In this document: in pieces, positions 25,255 through 36,671 of the stretch
How the letters are laid out: the number at the start of each line of letters is the position of its first letter
How positions within the stretch are numbered: position 1 is the first letter of the stretch
NCBI GenBank assembly: GCA_038496445.1
Contig: JALMLS010000071.1
Location: forward strand, 62,001 to 126,000
Length of the DNA stretch: 64,000 nt
From: Trichosphaerium sp. ATCC 40318
Lineage: Eukaryota > Protista > Tubulinea
Reading direction: 5' to 3'
The notes under the pieces: generated by a model
Told to the model about the DNA's origin: nothing
Seen by the model: the letters and a program-made list of their open reading frames with translations, nothing else
Databases searched by the model: none
Made by a program: the position numbers and the translations under genes

Positions 25255-26043
25255 CTCATAAACTAAGATGTGCTCCATTGAGTGCTTCAATACCACCTTT
25301 GTTTGTGTAATTACAGCCACGAAGATCGATGTCATAAACTCCAGTGAGTGCTTGTATGATTAATAGTGAACTCCTGCAAGTGCTTTAATCCCTTCATCTG
25401 AAATATTCTGACAATAGGTGAGATTAATAGTGTGAACTCCAGCAAGCGCTTTAATGCCTTCATCTGCAAGGTTCCAACAGTCAGTAAGATTAATAGTATG
25501 AACTCCAGCGAGCGCTTTAATGCCTTCATTTGTCACTGAAGTTCTGCTAAGGTCAATAGTATGAACTCCAGCAAGTGCTTCAAGCCCTTCATTTGTACTG
25601 CTGTAATTAAGATTAATACTATGTGCTTTAATAGTTTTACCTGTTATCTTACTACGGCAACTAAGATTAATAGTATGAACTCCTGCAAGTGCTTTAATCC
25701 CTTCATCTGTTAAATGATCACAATGATTAAGATCAATGGTACAAACTCCAGCAAGTGCTTTAATCCCATCATTTGTTACTTACAATGAAGACTAATGGTA
25801 TGAACTCCAGCAAGAATTTTACAAACTTTGCAGGAAAGCAGCTAGCCAAGTCAACCCGTGTATGTTTCAAACAACCTTTGTAAGAAATGAATTTTTTCGC
25901 TCCTGTAGTACTTCTGTGTATCCAACAATATCGTGAATAATAGCTGCAAAGCAACGACAAGTTTGACAAACCGCAAATCGAGCTTTTGTCATAAACAAGA
26001 ACACGAGAGCTAAAATCTCAGTTGGTATATTCAACAGAATCAT
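25255..26043 (-). pseudogene. F-box + LRR pseudogene (paralog of 8547-9809)
   Basis: LLNIPTEILALVF..RFAVCQTCRCFAAIIHDIVGY followed by about 7 AGVHTIxL..TDEGIKAL units broken by several deletions and frameshifts. Confidence 0.85.
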
Positions 26044-26751
26044 TTCGGTGCTAGTAGAAGACTTTTAGAACGAATTAAAACCCTCAAATAGAGCATTAGA
26101 CATTACCTTCGACTTTAATTAGCGCTAGACTCCATTATAACCTTATCCCCTGATTTGCGGACTGTGCAATAGCGATGTGCTGAATAATCTTGACACTTAA
26201 GTTTAACGTGGTTGACTCAATAATCCTGCCAAGAAATTGAACGGAAAAAAGAAAAGGAAATGCGGTGTTAGTTCTCCTGTGTTAAAATACAGTTTACGTG
26301 ATGTCAGGTGAAGTTTGTTGGAACAACGGATGGCGATAGTTACAGGTGTGAATTTATTATTGCATCTGGCGAGAGCCCATTTGACGTATTTCATTACAGA
26401 GACTGTAATCCATAAGCTTGTTTCGTTTTGGAAGTTTGCAGAACAACGTGATCTGTAGCGTATGTATAAGGTGGTGATGTATAGTCTGTTAAGTTTAGAA
26501 TCTAGGTTGGAGGTGGAAGAGGCGTGTTGTATTCGTCAATAGCTTCTATGCAATTAGATTATTGAGGTGTCCTTGGATGATGTGATTAGTGTGGGAGACA
26601 AAATCTACATTTAGTTGGTGTTGTTACATATACAGAAGTGTATAAAGTTTTTGTCAATGCACGTGTTGTTTTCAAGGCATAAGTGAGCCAATTCAAAGCA
26701 CTTCCTGAGGGTCGTCATGAGTCTTGATTAGTTCACTTAGCAGGCAGCAAA

Positions 26752-28330
26752 ATGATTAACAACACGGCTATAACTTGTAACGATAATAATTGTTATGGCG
26801 GTGGGATGTGCTACAAAGGAGAATGTAAATGTTTTTATGGACGCGCTGGTGAATGGTAGCGAAAAAAATGTTGTGTACAATTGTTCTAATATTGTTTTCA
26901 AGGTGCGAGCTTGGCGCTTCGAGTACGTCACGTGACGACTCATTTTTTCTCGAATTAACGGTTCATTTCTCGAAGACGGGTTTGTCTTGGCGTATAATTT
27001 AGTTTTTGGGGTAATATTTGGGATTTTAGGAAGCTATACACTGTACGACGGTTTTTTTTTTTTTGATTGACAACAAAGAATTTTCTTGTATCTATTGATT
27101 TACTGTTTTAGGTACTGTATTATTCGCTTCAATATTTATAAACCTCCGTATACCAGTAACTCGATGACTATAAAAATGTTATGGCTTTTTATTTTCTTCG
27201 TATGCGTTGGTGAGTAGTAATACGTTTAGAATTCACCTCTAGTTTGTCATTTTGTCGTTTTTTTATTTGGGGTTTTCGTTTACCCAAAACCCGTAAAAAA
27301 TCTTATTCGAGCGATCAAAACGCACGTGTGCTTTTGTGTACTAACTTGTTAAGGAAATTTTTGCTCTGCTGTTTTTGATCCTTTTAATACAAGGAATATT
27401 TCTTCAATTGTACAGATGTTGTTTGAAAGAGCCACTAAAGCTGTCTTCTTTTCCGTACCAATATTTGTCTTGAGATTATGGTAACTAAAAACAACACACT
27501 TGAAATCTGAGCGATGCTTATTTTAGAGTAGGGCACTTATAGAGCCTAGACCAGGTAAATTTATGAGGTTTTTCACATCTGTATTGTCATGTATATTAGT
27601 AGGAGGCACGTTATTCCCATTTTCTTCGTGTTGATTTATGTTTTTTGTTAGCTCTGTTTCTTGTTGAGTTGCTCTTTTTTGTGCTGTATGCATGTATCAG
27701 AGGAGATGCCTTGGCACCTATTTGGATAATAGAAAACGTCTATTCATTGTTGTCATTTATAATTCTATTTGGAAGCTTGATTTGCATGGGCTTCAAAACA
27801 AGAAGTACATTAAGTGTTAGCAAAGATGCTTTCAGAGAATTGCGGAAAAAAGTACGTGCTAAGTAGCTCCCCCGCAATACTTTATTGTTGTTCCCTTACT
27901 ACTGTTGATTCGTTTGCAGTCTTGGGAATAGTGATATTGAGTGAACAGCGAAGGAATGTTGAGTGGGGCTCAAAACAGTTTCTTTTTGAAAAGGACTCAC
28001 TTTGTGGTAGATACATATCCTTGTATTGGTTTCCATATCCGTTTTCTTTATTGTGTTTATCACGCTTGTACCAATGACAATTCTATTTCTAGTCAAGTTT
28101 ACAGCTGAAAAAGCAGAACGTGTCACTGCAAGTGTTGTTTTTAGAATTATATTAAACCTTACAGAGTGCATTCTTATCATTGGTTTTATTGTAACAAAGA
28201 CACCAAGTAGTCGGAGAACTACAAGTGAAACGTGTATGTACCCTAAAAATAGTCTTAATTATATTGACTCGATGCTTAGAAGTCTCAAATCCGCGGGAAA
28301 TCATTGGCAAATCAACATGTGCTTCAATAA
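26752..28330 (+). CDS. EGF-like + multi-TM (GPCR/THH1-TOM1-like) membrane protein, copy 1
   Basis: CNDNNCYGGGMCYKGECKCFYGRAGEWC followed by several hydrophobic exons; paralog at 45378-46929. Confidence 0.7.
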
Positions 28331-28669
28331 AATCCTCACGTTTTTAGTACCTTTGTTTACATTGCACTATATTCTTGAGAACGGGGGAATTCTGAACTTG
28401 AGAATAGTGTTGTAGGTACTGACGCATAGTGTTGTTAAACGACTGAAGTCGACTCAAAATTTTTGGCATCGGCTGACTGTGTGACTCGACCTCAATTTCA
28501 GAAAAAACTAGGTAGCATAGCAAAAAAAAATTGTAGGAGCAAAGTATATTTATTAACAAGAGCATATTGTGGTACAATATAGTAACAGTAAGGACAGTAC
28601 ACTGTCAACTAGACGGTGGTAGATTGTAATCATGAGGATGTGACTGTCCGCCATTGTTAGGTTCAATGG

Positions 28670-29254
28670 TCATAAATCGGCTTCTTCACCATCCGACCAC
28701 TCTTCTAAGTTTTTTGATCCGTCTTCATGCCAAGCATGATAATAACACACAATGTGGTCATTCTTGTAAACGCATTTCGTCATCAGTTGTCCGTTGTCAT
28801 GCCACTCGACATAGTCACCATTCATCACTCCAAATGTACAAGTATAAACACATTTGCGTTCACCATTAAAATGCCACGACTTGAACTGGCCATTGAGACC
28901 TGAACGAACATAGTTTGCAGTCCAAGCTAAAGTTCCATTTGGATACCATTCATTAGCCTCTCCTTCAACCAAGCCTTCTTTGTAGAAACGCACAATTGCA
29001 ACTTTTCCATTCGGATGATATTTTGTGCTTTTGCCATGCGGTTTACCGTTCTTGTAGTTCTGTAGATGCTTATATGTCGCTTGTGGACCACTTTTTAGCC
29101 AAGCGCCACTCTTTTCGAAGTCTTCGTTAAACCGTGTTGTTGTAGCTGCTAATTTGCAAAGCAATGGCCATTTTAAGTAGATTTCACGGTCAGTATTTAA
29201 TATCAAGTGTTGTAGCTCCAGAGGGAGTACGGTTAATATTGTTGCCTCTGTCAT
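28670..29254 (-). CDS. Intronless F-box-like + MORN-variant repeat protein
   Basis: LTVLPLELQHLIL..YLKWPLLCK; repeats YkNGxxhGxxxxWyxNG. Confidence 0.85.
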   Translation of the reverse strand: MTEATILTVLPLELQHLILNTDREIYLKWPLLCKLAATTTRFNEDFEKSGAWLKSGPQATYKHLQNYKNGKPHGKSTKYHPNGKVAIVRFYKEGLVEGEANEWYPNGTLAWTANYVRSGLNGQFKSWHFNGERKCVYTCTFGVMNGDYVEWHDNGQLMTKCVYKNDHIVCYYHAWHEDGSKNLEEWSDGEEADL

Positions 29255-30904
29255 TGCTTAATTCTACAAAATTAGAATTAATTGAGCGATTAGGAACTTG
29301 CAAGGGCTACCACGTAAGCAGTTTTACAATTTTTGGTACAAAGAAAAGTGTTGACACAATTCAATTATTCTGTGAATTATTGCACAACTTACTTACAGTA
29401 AACTCAAACGCCGAAATTTCAGTTGAAATACGGTGGTTTTTTTTTCAGTAAGTATCATTTTCATTTAAAGACGGTCACTGTAGTTCGATTATACCAAAAT
29501 AGCTTATCAAAAGTCAATGTGCTTCTCACTGTACTCACTGACGACGGCCACCATAGCCATAGATATTAATTACCTGATACCATATTGAACTGTTGAAAGC
29601 ACATGCTAGCTTTTACAGCCTTGGACAATCTAGTTGTAATTTACGGGTAGAATAATCAAGTTTGACTTTTTTAGAGAAAGGCCTGTTTTGGCCTGATAGT
29701 GTACAACGATCAAAAATATGCTTATCGATAAACACTGATACCACTCAAGCCTCCTAATGCTGCTGACATTCAGAACGAGTTAATGTAATAAAGAAGAAAA
29801 CGCCTTTGATAGAGCCTTACTCATAAAGGGAGCTTGTGGATGATGTTGCATATGGCAATGTGTATCTTTGACGTTCCAAGTTGGAGTGTCTTTTACACAT
29901 CTCCTTGAATCGAGTACATCAATGAAAGAGTAGATGTAAGACTTTTTAACAAAGTACAAAATCCACTTACAAATTACAAGCGTGAAGTACTTTAAAAAGC
30001 TGGACGCTTCAAGCACAAGTCGAAGTAATGTGGCAATGTGTTAAGCATATTCACGTGATATGTATACTAGAACGCTGGTGTCTAAAAAGGCAATTTACAC
30101 AACATATTCTATCTCTTTATTCACATATCTCTTTCGGTTGGTTAAGGCTACTCCAAGTCAAACAGGAGTGGTCCGAAAAGCCACAGTCAATCTTTTCTTT
30201 GGTTCAAAATTTCGGCGTACACCAGATAGGATCTTCAACAAGAAGCACAAAAGGGCTTACGGAAGCCCGAATGTCCGTATTGGTTCTCAAAAGAAGAACC
30301 ACCAAAAAGTTGTATTGGTACAACTTTGAAGTCAACTATGGCACTACCAACACAATCACCAAGATGTTAAAATTCTATGGAAAATCGCTTGGTAATACTT
30401 TTCAAGGGCTGCAACGGGCAGCTCACTTCAAACCTATTCCTCTACTTAGAGATAACTTGCTTCGTGCAATTCTTCGGTGCCTTAGGTGCTCTTATTCAAA
30501 TGAGCAAGACCATCCTTTTCAAGTCTCCAGCGTTATGTCTTGCAAAAATCACAGTAGGAAATTAATTAATTTTCATTCACTTACAATATAGATAATTACA
30601 TAAGTTAGTGCTTCTAGGTTCAAGTGATCAAATCAGATTTGCGGTTCTGGTTAAATGGACTTGGATATTTTGTCAAAGTGCGTTTCACTCTAACGGGTTA
30701 CCTCCAATGTCTTCACATAAGACGTTGGTCGAAAAAGAATGCTCTTGGGCGATCCAAAAGTCAAAGACAAAAGCGCTCACACTACCGGTGATCACGGTGT
30801 TATGATCTGGTCGCTAGTAAAATCTAAAAATTACAAACAAAAATCAACAAACTATGAAAAATAGAAAAAAAACGGAAAAATTCGTATCATTTAGAGTGGT
30901 CCTC

Positions 30905-31037
30905 TAGTTCAATAATTTGAAAAAAACTCATGACTGTGGCGTCAGGGTCAGCACCTGAGATCTTTGTCCTACCGGTGTAGCGTCACTATAGTTGTACGAT
31001 TATTAAATAATAAAAAAAAAAAAACTATTAGTTCAAT
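30905..31037 (+). mobile_element. Putative short retroposon (structured head, poly(A), 9-bp candidate TSD)
   Basis: tagttcaat at 30905 and 31029; multi-hairpin core 30932-30993; A13 tract at 31012-31024. Confidence 0.35.
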
Positions 31038-31232
31038 TTTATTTGTAGGCGTAAAGCAATCCCCAACTTAGAATTGTTACAATAGTAAAAACCATCAATC
31101 TTGGGAATATTTAATTTAGTTTGTAGCTACTACAGTCCGAGTAGCATTTTCCACTTATTCTCACAACTCTTTATAAAGTTTATATTGCACCAGTGTATTT
31201 AAGTGTCATTCTAAATCGTCATCAAATGAGAT

Positions 31233-32156
31233 TTAATTTCTATTCATAAATAACTGTGTATATTTGATACCCAATGATTCAGTAATCTCCTCCGTTATCT
31301 GGTTATCTCCCTTAAAAAAGTACACATACATACCTTTGAGAGATACCAGATACCTCAAGCAATCATTTGTTATCTTACCAGAACAAGAACAGGCGGTGAG
31401 GTTCTCAAGATTGATCATACCTTTAAACACTGAGTCTGTTATTTCACAGCAATTAAGGAATAAGCCTTTGACATTGATCAATGCTTTGAGTCCTTTTCCT
31501 GCTGTTAATTTTGTATCATTTATGCTAACAGTGTGGATATTAGCAAGATGTTCAAGCCATGATTCTTTTGGATTATCAATTTCAAGTTGATGAACATTTC
31601 TGAGTGCCTTTACCCAATCAATTGTAACATTAGAACACCCACTAATACTTATTGAACTTGCATCGCTAAGTTCCTGTATTCCCTTAATAGTAATATTCCT
31701 ACACGGACCTAAGTCTATACTGTGCACACCCTTTAGAGCCTTCAATGAAACATCTGTTATATCTGAATTGTGAAGGCGTATATAGTGAATGTTATGCCCT
31801 CCTGATGTCAATGCAATGATATCATCATCTGTTGCGTTATTCAAGAAGATGGTGCGAACGCCATGAAGGCAAGCAATGTCTCTTTCAGTTAGAGAAATAT
31901 CAGAGCTGAATGTAAATGCTGTGCTTCTTAATAGCGGACTGCCTTTAAATAAGCGACATTCATATGACGCCTTTAGTTGTAGGTGACCGAATCCAATATT
32001 GGTGCGAATAATGTCATTAAATAACTTAGAAACAGCTGTAGCTGTTATACAGTCGCTTCTGTTTAAAAACTGTAGAATATGCGTTAAACTCTCTGGTGGT
32101 AGCTCTTGAATACCACAGTTAACGTTCCGTACTTGTATAACACGTTTTAAAGACAT
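31233..32156 (-). CDS. Intronless F-box + divergent LRR protein
   Basis: IQELPPESLTHILQFL...VSKLFNDIIRTNIGF; repeats ITDVSLKALKGVHSIDL. Confidence 0.85.
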   Translation of the reverse strand: MSLKRVIQVRNVNCGIQELPPESLTHILQFLNRSDCITATAVSKLFNDIIRTNIGFGHLQLKASYECRLFKGSPLLRSTAFTFSSDISLTERDIACLHGVRTIFLNNATDDDIIALTSGGHNIHYIRLHNSDITDVSLKALKGVHSIDLGPCRNITIKGIQELSDASSISISGCSNVTIDWVKALRNVHQLEIDNPKESWLEHLANIHTVSINDTKLTAGKGLKALINVKGLFLNCCEITDSVFKGMINLENLTACSCSGKITNDCLRYLVSLKGMYVYFFKGDNQITEEITESLGIKYTQLFMNRN

Positions 32157-32376
32157 GCTTGGGTGCAATTGCTTGTTGAAGCGAACAATACTTAAACGTG
32201 AGATTAAGTTAGTCAAAAAATAATGAAAACTGTGGCTGTCGTGGCTTCGAAGATAAAGCCACTTAAGCATGCGGTCCAGTTATAACTCGTTACTCACACC
32301 AGCCACTTCATTTTGCTACACTTAAAGAACTCAGTTTGTTATCAACAAACTAATATTGTTTTTATTACAAGTAACT

Positions 32377-34488
32377 TCACGTTGTCACCTCCATATTGTT
32401 TAGTTCTGTTGAGTCTGCAGCTGAAGTAATAACTGTGCCAACTGCAAAAACATTCTTTGGTCGCCTTTTGAAAGGAAACAGCCACAGCGGTCGGTAAACA
32501 AGAGCAAGTATGATTATAACAGTAACCAGTAGTAGGATAGGTACTGTTATAGCAGGTATTATAATTGGTAAATTATTGCTTATGTTTTCCGAACTACAAG
32601 TGGACAGATTCAAAACAATAAGTAACCTGGTGCCATCTATAAGAATAAAGTAAGAATTACAAATAACAAATAGTAATACCCATTATGACAGCTGATGCTG
32701 ACCTGCAATCATTGTCTGATGTAGTCACAGTTGGTACTTCTTTCAGTTTCGGACAATTAGGAAGTCCTTTTTGTACAAAAAAATCGAATGTAGTATTTGC
32801 ATACTCTGTAGAATTAACAAGAATAACTTGTGAGTCTAGGCGATTTGTTAGTGTTGTGAGACGTACAGCTTTTTTTGCACCTTCTAAAACCAAGCATTCA
32901 GTCACATTGATTAAAAGGGGAGCCATAAGCACAAAGATACTATTTGATACAATGAGATTGCCTAAAAAGGAATAAGCCAAGTGACATAAATCTGTTTTGA
33001 ATCTACCTAGTATATTGATAGACGATGATAGGATAATGCGAGAGGACGTAATTGTCCAGATATTGTTAATGCATACAGCTTCTGGTAAATCTAATGTAAC
33101 ACCACCACAGTATTTGGTACTGTTTTGTGTGCTGTTATTTGACAAACCAGGAGTTGTTGGAGGTTGTGATGGAGTTGATGATGTAGGTTGTGTTGTTGGG
33201 GTCTCCGTAGTTGGAGATTGGGTAGTTGGAGTTTGTGTTGGAGTGTGTGTAGGAGCGGAAGTAGGTAAAGGCCGAAACACAATAATATTCGCAACTCTGA
33301 CAAGTGTTGTGCCATCTATCGGGTTCAGCCCCACGCTTTTAAAAACGGAACCACTGTTCTCGTAGACAAAAATCAGAGGACCTACAAACCTTAGAAGGGC
33401 AAACAAAGACTTTTTTTTAAGTAAATACGCTAGTACCAGTTTCAAATACTCTCCATATGTGAATACCAGCAACAAAAACCAGCGACCCAGAAGCAGAAAC
33501 GATATTTTCAATGTCAGTACCGTTGATATTTGGGTTGAAACTTGTAAATGATGCTAGACTGGTACTCATATCAATGTTGTCTAAGAAGTGTGCTGTTAAT
33601 TTTGAGAAAAAAAATTGAGGTCATACCAACATTGCTATGAATCCAAATGGTGTCATTAATGCCTATTGCTAGTGAATTATCCAAAAAAGCGCAAGCCTGT
33701 AATAGATGTTAAAGAAAACATGGAAGGTAAGAGTAAGGAGTACTTGAGTGACGAGGTTTGTTGCAATAAATGCTTTTTTCTGTGGGATCAAAGAAGTAGC
33801 ATTGAACTCGAACAGATGTAGACCTTGTTCATTCCCTGCGGACACAGAAACTGCCAAGAATTTATTTTGATCATCTATGGATATTTGTCCTATTGTACTA
33901 CTGTCTACATCCGGTATAACAAAGCCATCAACTAAAGAAAATACAATTCCATTCCAGTTGTAAATATTCTAAAAATAGAGTGTCAATGTCGCGTGACACG
34001 GAGTGTTTGCTTTTATCTTACAATAGTATCACTGGCGCCACCGCCTACATATAGATACTCATCACTAATACCTTTGAATGCGAGGCCTACAAACGTTTTA
34101 GCTCACACTAAAAAGCAAGCTATGCGAGTTTCATATTTACTCCCTAAGTAGCGCATGTCGAACCTTGAGGTTGATCGCCACTTGTTGCAAAATCACTCGG
34201 TGATATAACTTGTACTGAACCTGAACAACGAGTTAGCGTTAAGTAGAATAATACAGTGACAAACCTTTAAAAACTCCTTCGCCATCTGCACTATAAAAAA
34301 TACTACTGTTTGAATACATAATTGCTTGTGTTATTGGTTGTCCGTAAACAAACGAAAGCACTAGTAGAAAAAGTAAGCGTACTGCGATAGCGTTGAAGAA
34401 TGAAAGGATTTAAAGTACCTTGTAGGAAGCAAACAAGTACAAGTAAATTAGAGAATACTTTATAGCGCGTATTACGCTCATTAGACAT
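32377..34488 (-). CDS. Single-pass surface protein with Pro/Thr-rich mucin-like stalk
   Basis: Multi-exon; PTHTPTQTPTTQSPTT stalk; C-terminal TM IIIPAITVPILLLVTVIIILALVY. Confidence 0.65.
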
Positions 34489-34769
34489 ATTTCTCCTGAA
34501 AGTTGTTTCTTTCTATACTGATAACGTAGTAGTACACTCTATGCTACTAAGAAAATAATCAGCTACGTCAGAGCAGTGTTCAGCAAGAGTTTAACTAGTT
34601 CGTCTCCAAGTGTTCAGACAACACTAATACACCAAGTTCTTAAATAAACCAATAAAACACTCGCGTGATAAGGGATTGACCGAAGACGGAAGATGGACCC
34701 AGAATAGGAAATAAAGTGCGACTTATCTAGAACAACTTAATTTTAAGTTGTCCCTCACAATAGCCGGCT

Positions 34770-35303
34770 TAAAAAAGTAGGTTCTGGCCGTCGTCTAATG
34801 ATCATGCCAGTTTCAAAGCAAGGTATGCACCTTCCGCTACAGTGCGTGAGCTAGGTGCAAAAGCGTATATACCTGCAGGTCTCTCTGATAACATAGTTGA
34901 CCAAGGTTTTAAAAAGAAAATAGTGACCAAAACACTTAAAGAAGTTCAGCGTATTCTGGTTACAACACGCATGATATATATATCAAGATGTAAAAAGCAC
35001 GAGAAATGGTGGAAATATAACAATGGCGAATATGTCCAATGTCCGGAATTAGACAGCATATATAGACGGTTTGTAGAACCGCTATCACATAATTTATTAA
35101 TTACAACTTCCTGAGGTGAATCTCGATCCACCCGAAAGGACAACAGCGGGTCTACTCAGACTACCCAACCCCATGTAAGAGGCACGCAAAGCACGCCTTG
35201 GGAAGGGTACATGGCGGCTAACGCAGTGACTTATGTGCGATACGATTAAGGACTCTGAGGAATTTTGACTTGTCAAATACCTACTTCAAAAAAAAAAAAA
35301 AAA
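34770..35303 (+). mobile_element. 5'-truncated non-LTR retrotransposon remnant (RLE-clade-like C-terminus, structured 3' UTR, poly(A))
   Basis: KQGMHPSATVRELGAKAYIPAGL...KTLKEVQRILVTTRMIY resembles the end of restriction-like endonuclease domains; GC-richer hairpin UTR 35115-35287; A tract 35288-35303. Confidence 0.5.
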
Positions 35304-35496
35304 CAGGACGTATTTGTCAAAGCTGAGGTGAGCCCTTGGCTATAAAATTTTACCAAGGCCAAAGAGCAGTGGACTCCTTGGCGTTTGTAAGTGATTTTGC
35401 TCAATTAGTACCCTTGAACGTGTAATAGATAATACCTGTAAGCACGTGCGTAAAGGTTAAGTTGCCTTAAACATTTTGGCTAACATTTTTCGGGTA

Positions 35497-36339
35497 TGGC
35501 CACACCTCTGCAGGTAGCGACCCTTATAACACTGTGTTGCGCTCTAAAGTTGTAATAGATCACAAGAGACACAGCATCAGCCAAATGCCCTCTATTGCTT
35601 ACCTTTTGAGCTACAGCTAGATATTGTTGAACTAGACCATGAAGTGTATGTAAAGTATCCCCTTTTATCAAAACAAACGGCAACAAGCACGAGGTTTGAT
35701 AACATGTTTAATAAACACGGCAAATGGATAAAAAGACAGAGTTTAAACATCACACCTGCACAAAAAAGATACCTTTGGTTTGGGACGCAGAATGTCATGC
35801 CATCGACAGAGTGTTTTTACAGACATGGTAAACTACATGGAGAAGCTAGGGCGTGGGAAAGGGGTTTATTGGTAAAACAATGTTGGTATGTTGATGGTAA
35901 ACTTGATGGAGAGTATCGGAAGTGGAATCCTAGTGGCAAGTTGGAGCTACAACGTAATTATGTCAAAGGAAAATTATCAGGAGCATATAAGAGATGGTTT
36001 GAGAGTGGCTTATTGCAAGAACACCGTCATTACACCAATGGTATCGAAGATGGAGAAATTACACTATGGTACCATAATGGCCAATTGTGTAGACAAGCTA
36101 CCTATGTGAATGGTAAGTACGAAGGAGAGTACAAGTCGTGGTATGATAACTCGCAATTGTATCAACAAGGTTATTACATAAATGGTAAACTAGATGGAGA
36201 GTACTGGGAGTGGCACAAAAACGGGAATAAACGGATGAAGCGCAATTTTGTCAAAGGTGAACTTCAAGGAGATTACAAGCAGTGGCATACAAATGGCAGA
36301 GAAATGGATAGGTATCATGCTAACCCAGTGTTCTATTGA
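35497..36339 (+). CDS. F-box-like + MORN-variant repeat protein (short first exon)
   Basis: LYCLPFELQLDIVELD..YVKYPLLSK; about 7 MORN-type repeats. Confidence 0.85.
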
Positions 36340-36671
36340 GAACGATATGTAATGAACAAAGTAAGGCTTTTATGTTGTGACGTGTACAAGTATAATAACT
36401 TGGGTATGCCTTAATTCCGTACCTGGCGTACAGTATGTGAGAAAAATATGTATTGGATGTGTACCCAATAAATCTTCAAGCAGTATCAGTCTTGTAAAAG
36501 AACAACACTTGCACATAGAAAAGCAAAAATGAGACATTTTTGGACAATAATATCAACCACAAGGGGAATGAAATTACAGTCACGCCGAGATAAGCTTTTG
36601 TAGACAAGGAAAAAAAGTCACGTGCACTGCGACTTAACTTTCTAGTTCACAACGTGCCACTAACCGTCGCA

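Noticed and set aside
30932-30993. tRNA gene
   Set aside because: No GTTCRA T-loop or D-loop consensus, and the arm order does not fit.
35110-35140. Hammerhead ribozyme (ctgagg...gaaa)
   Set aside because: The core deviates from CUGANGA and the three stems could not be built.
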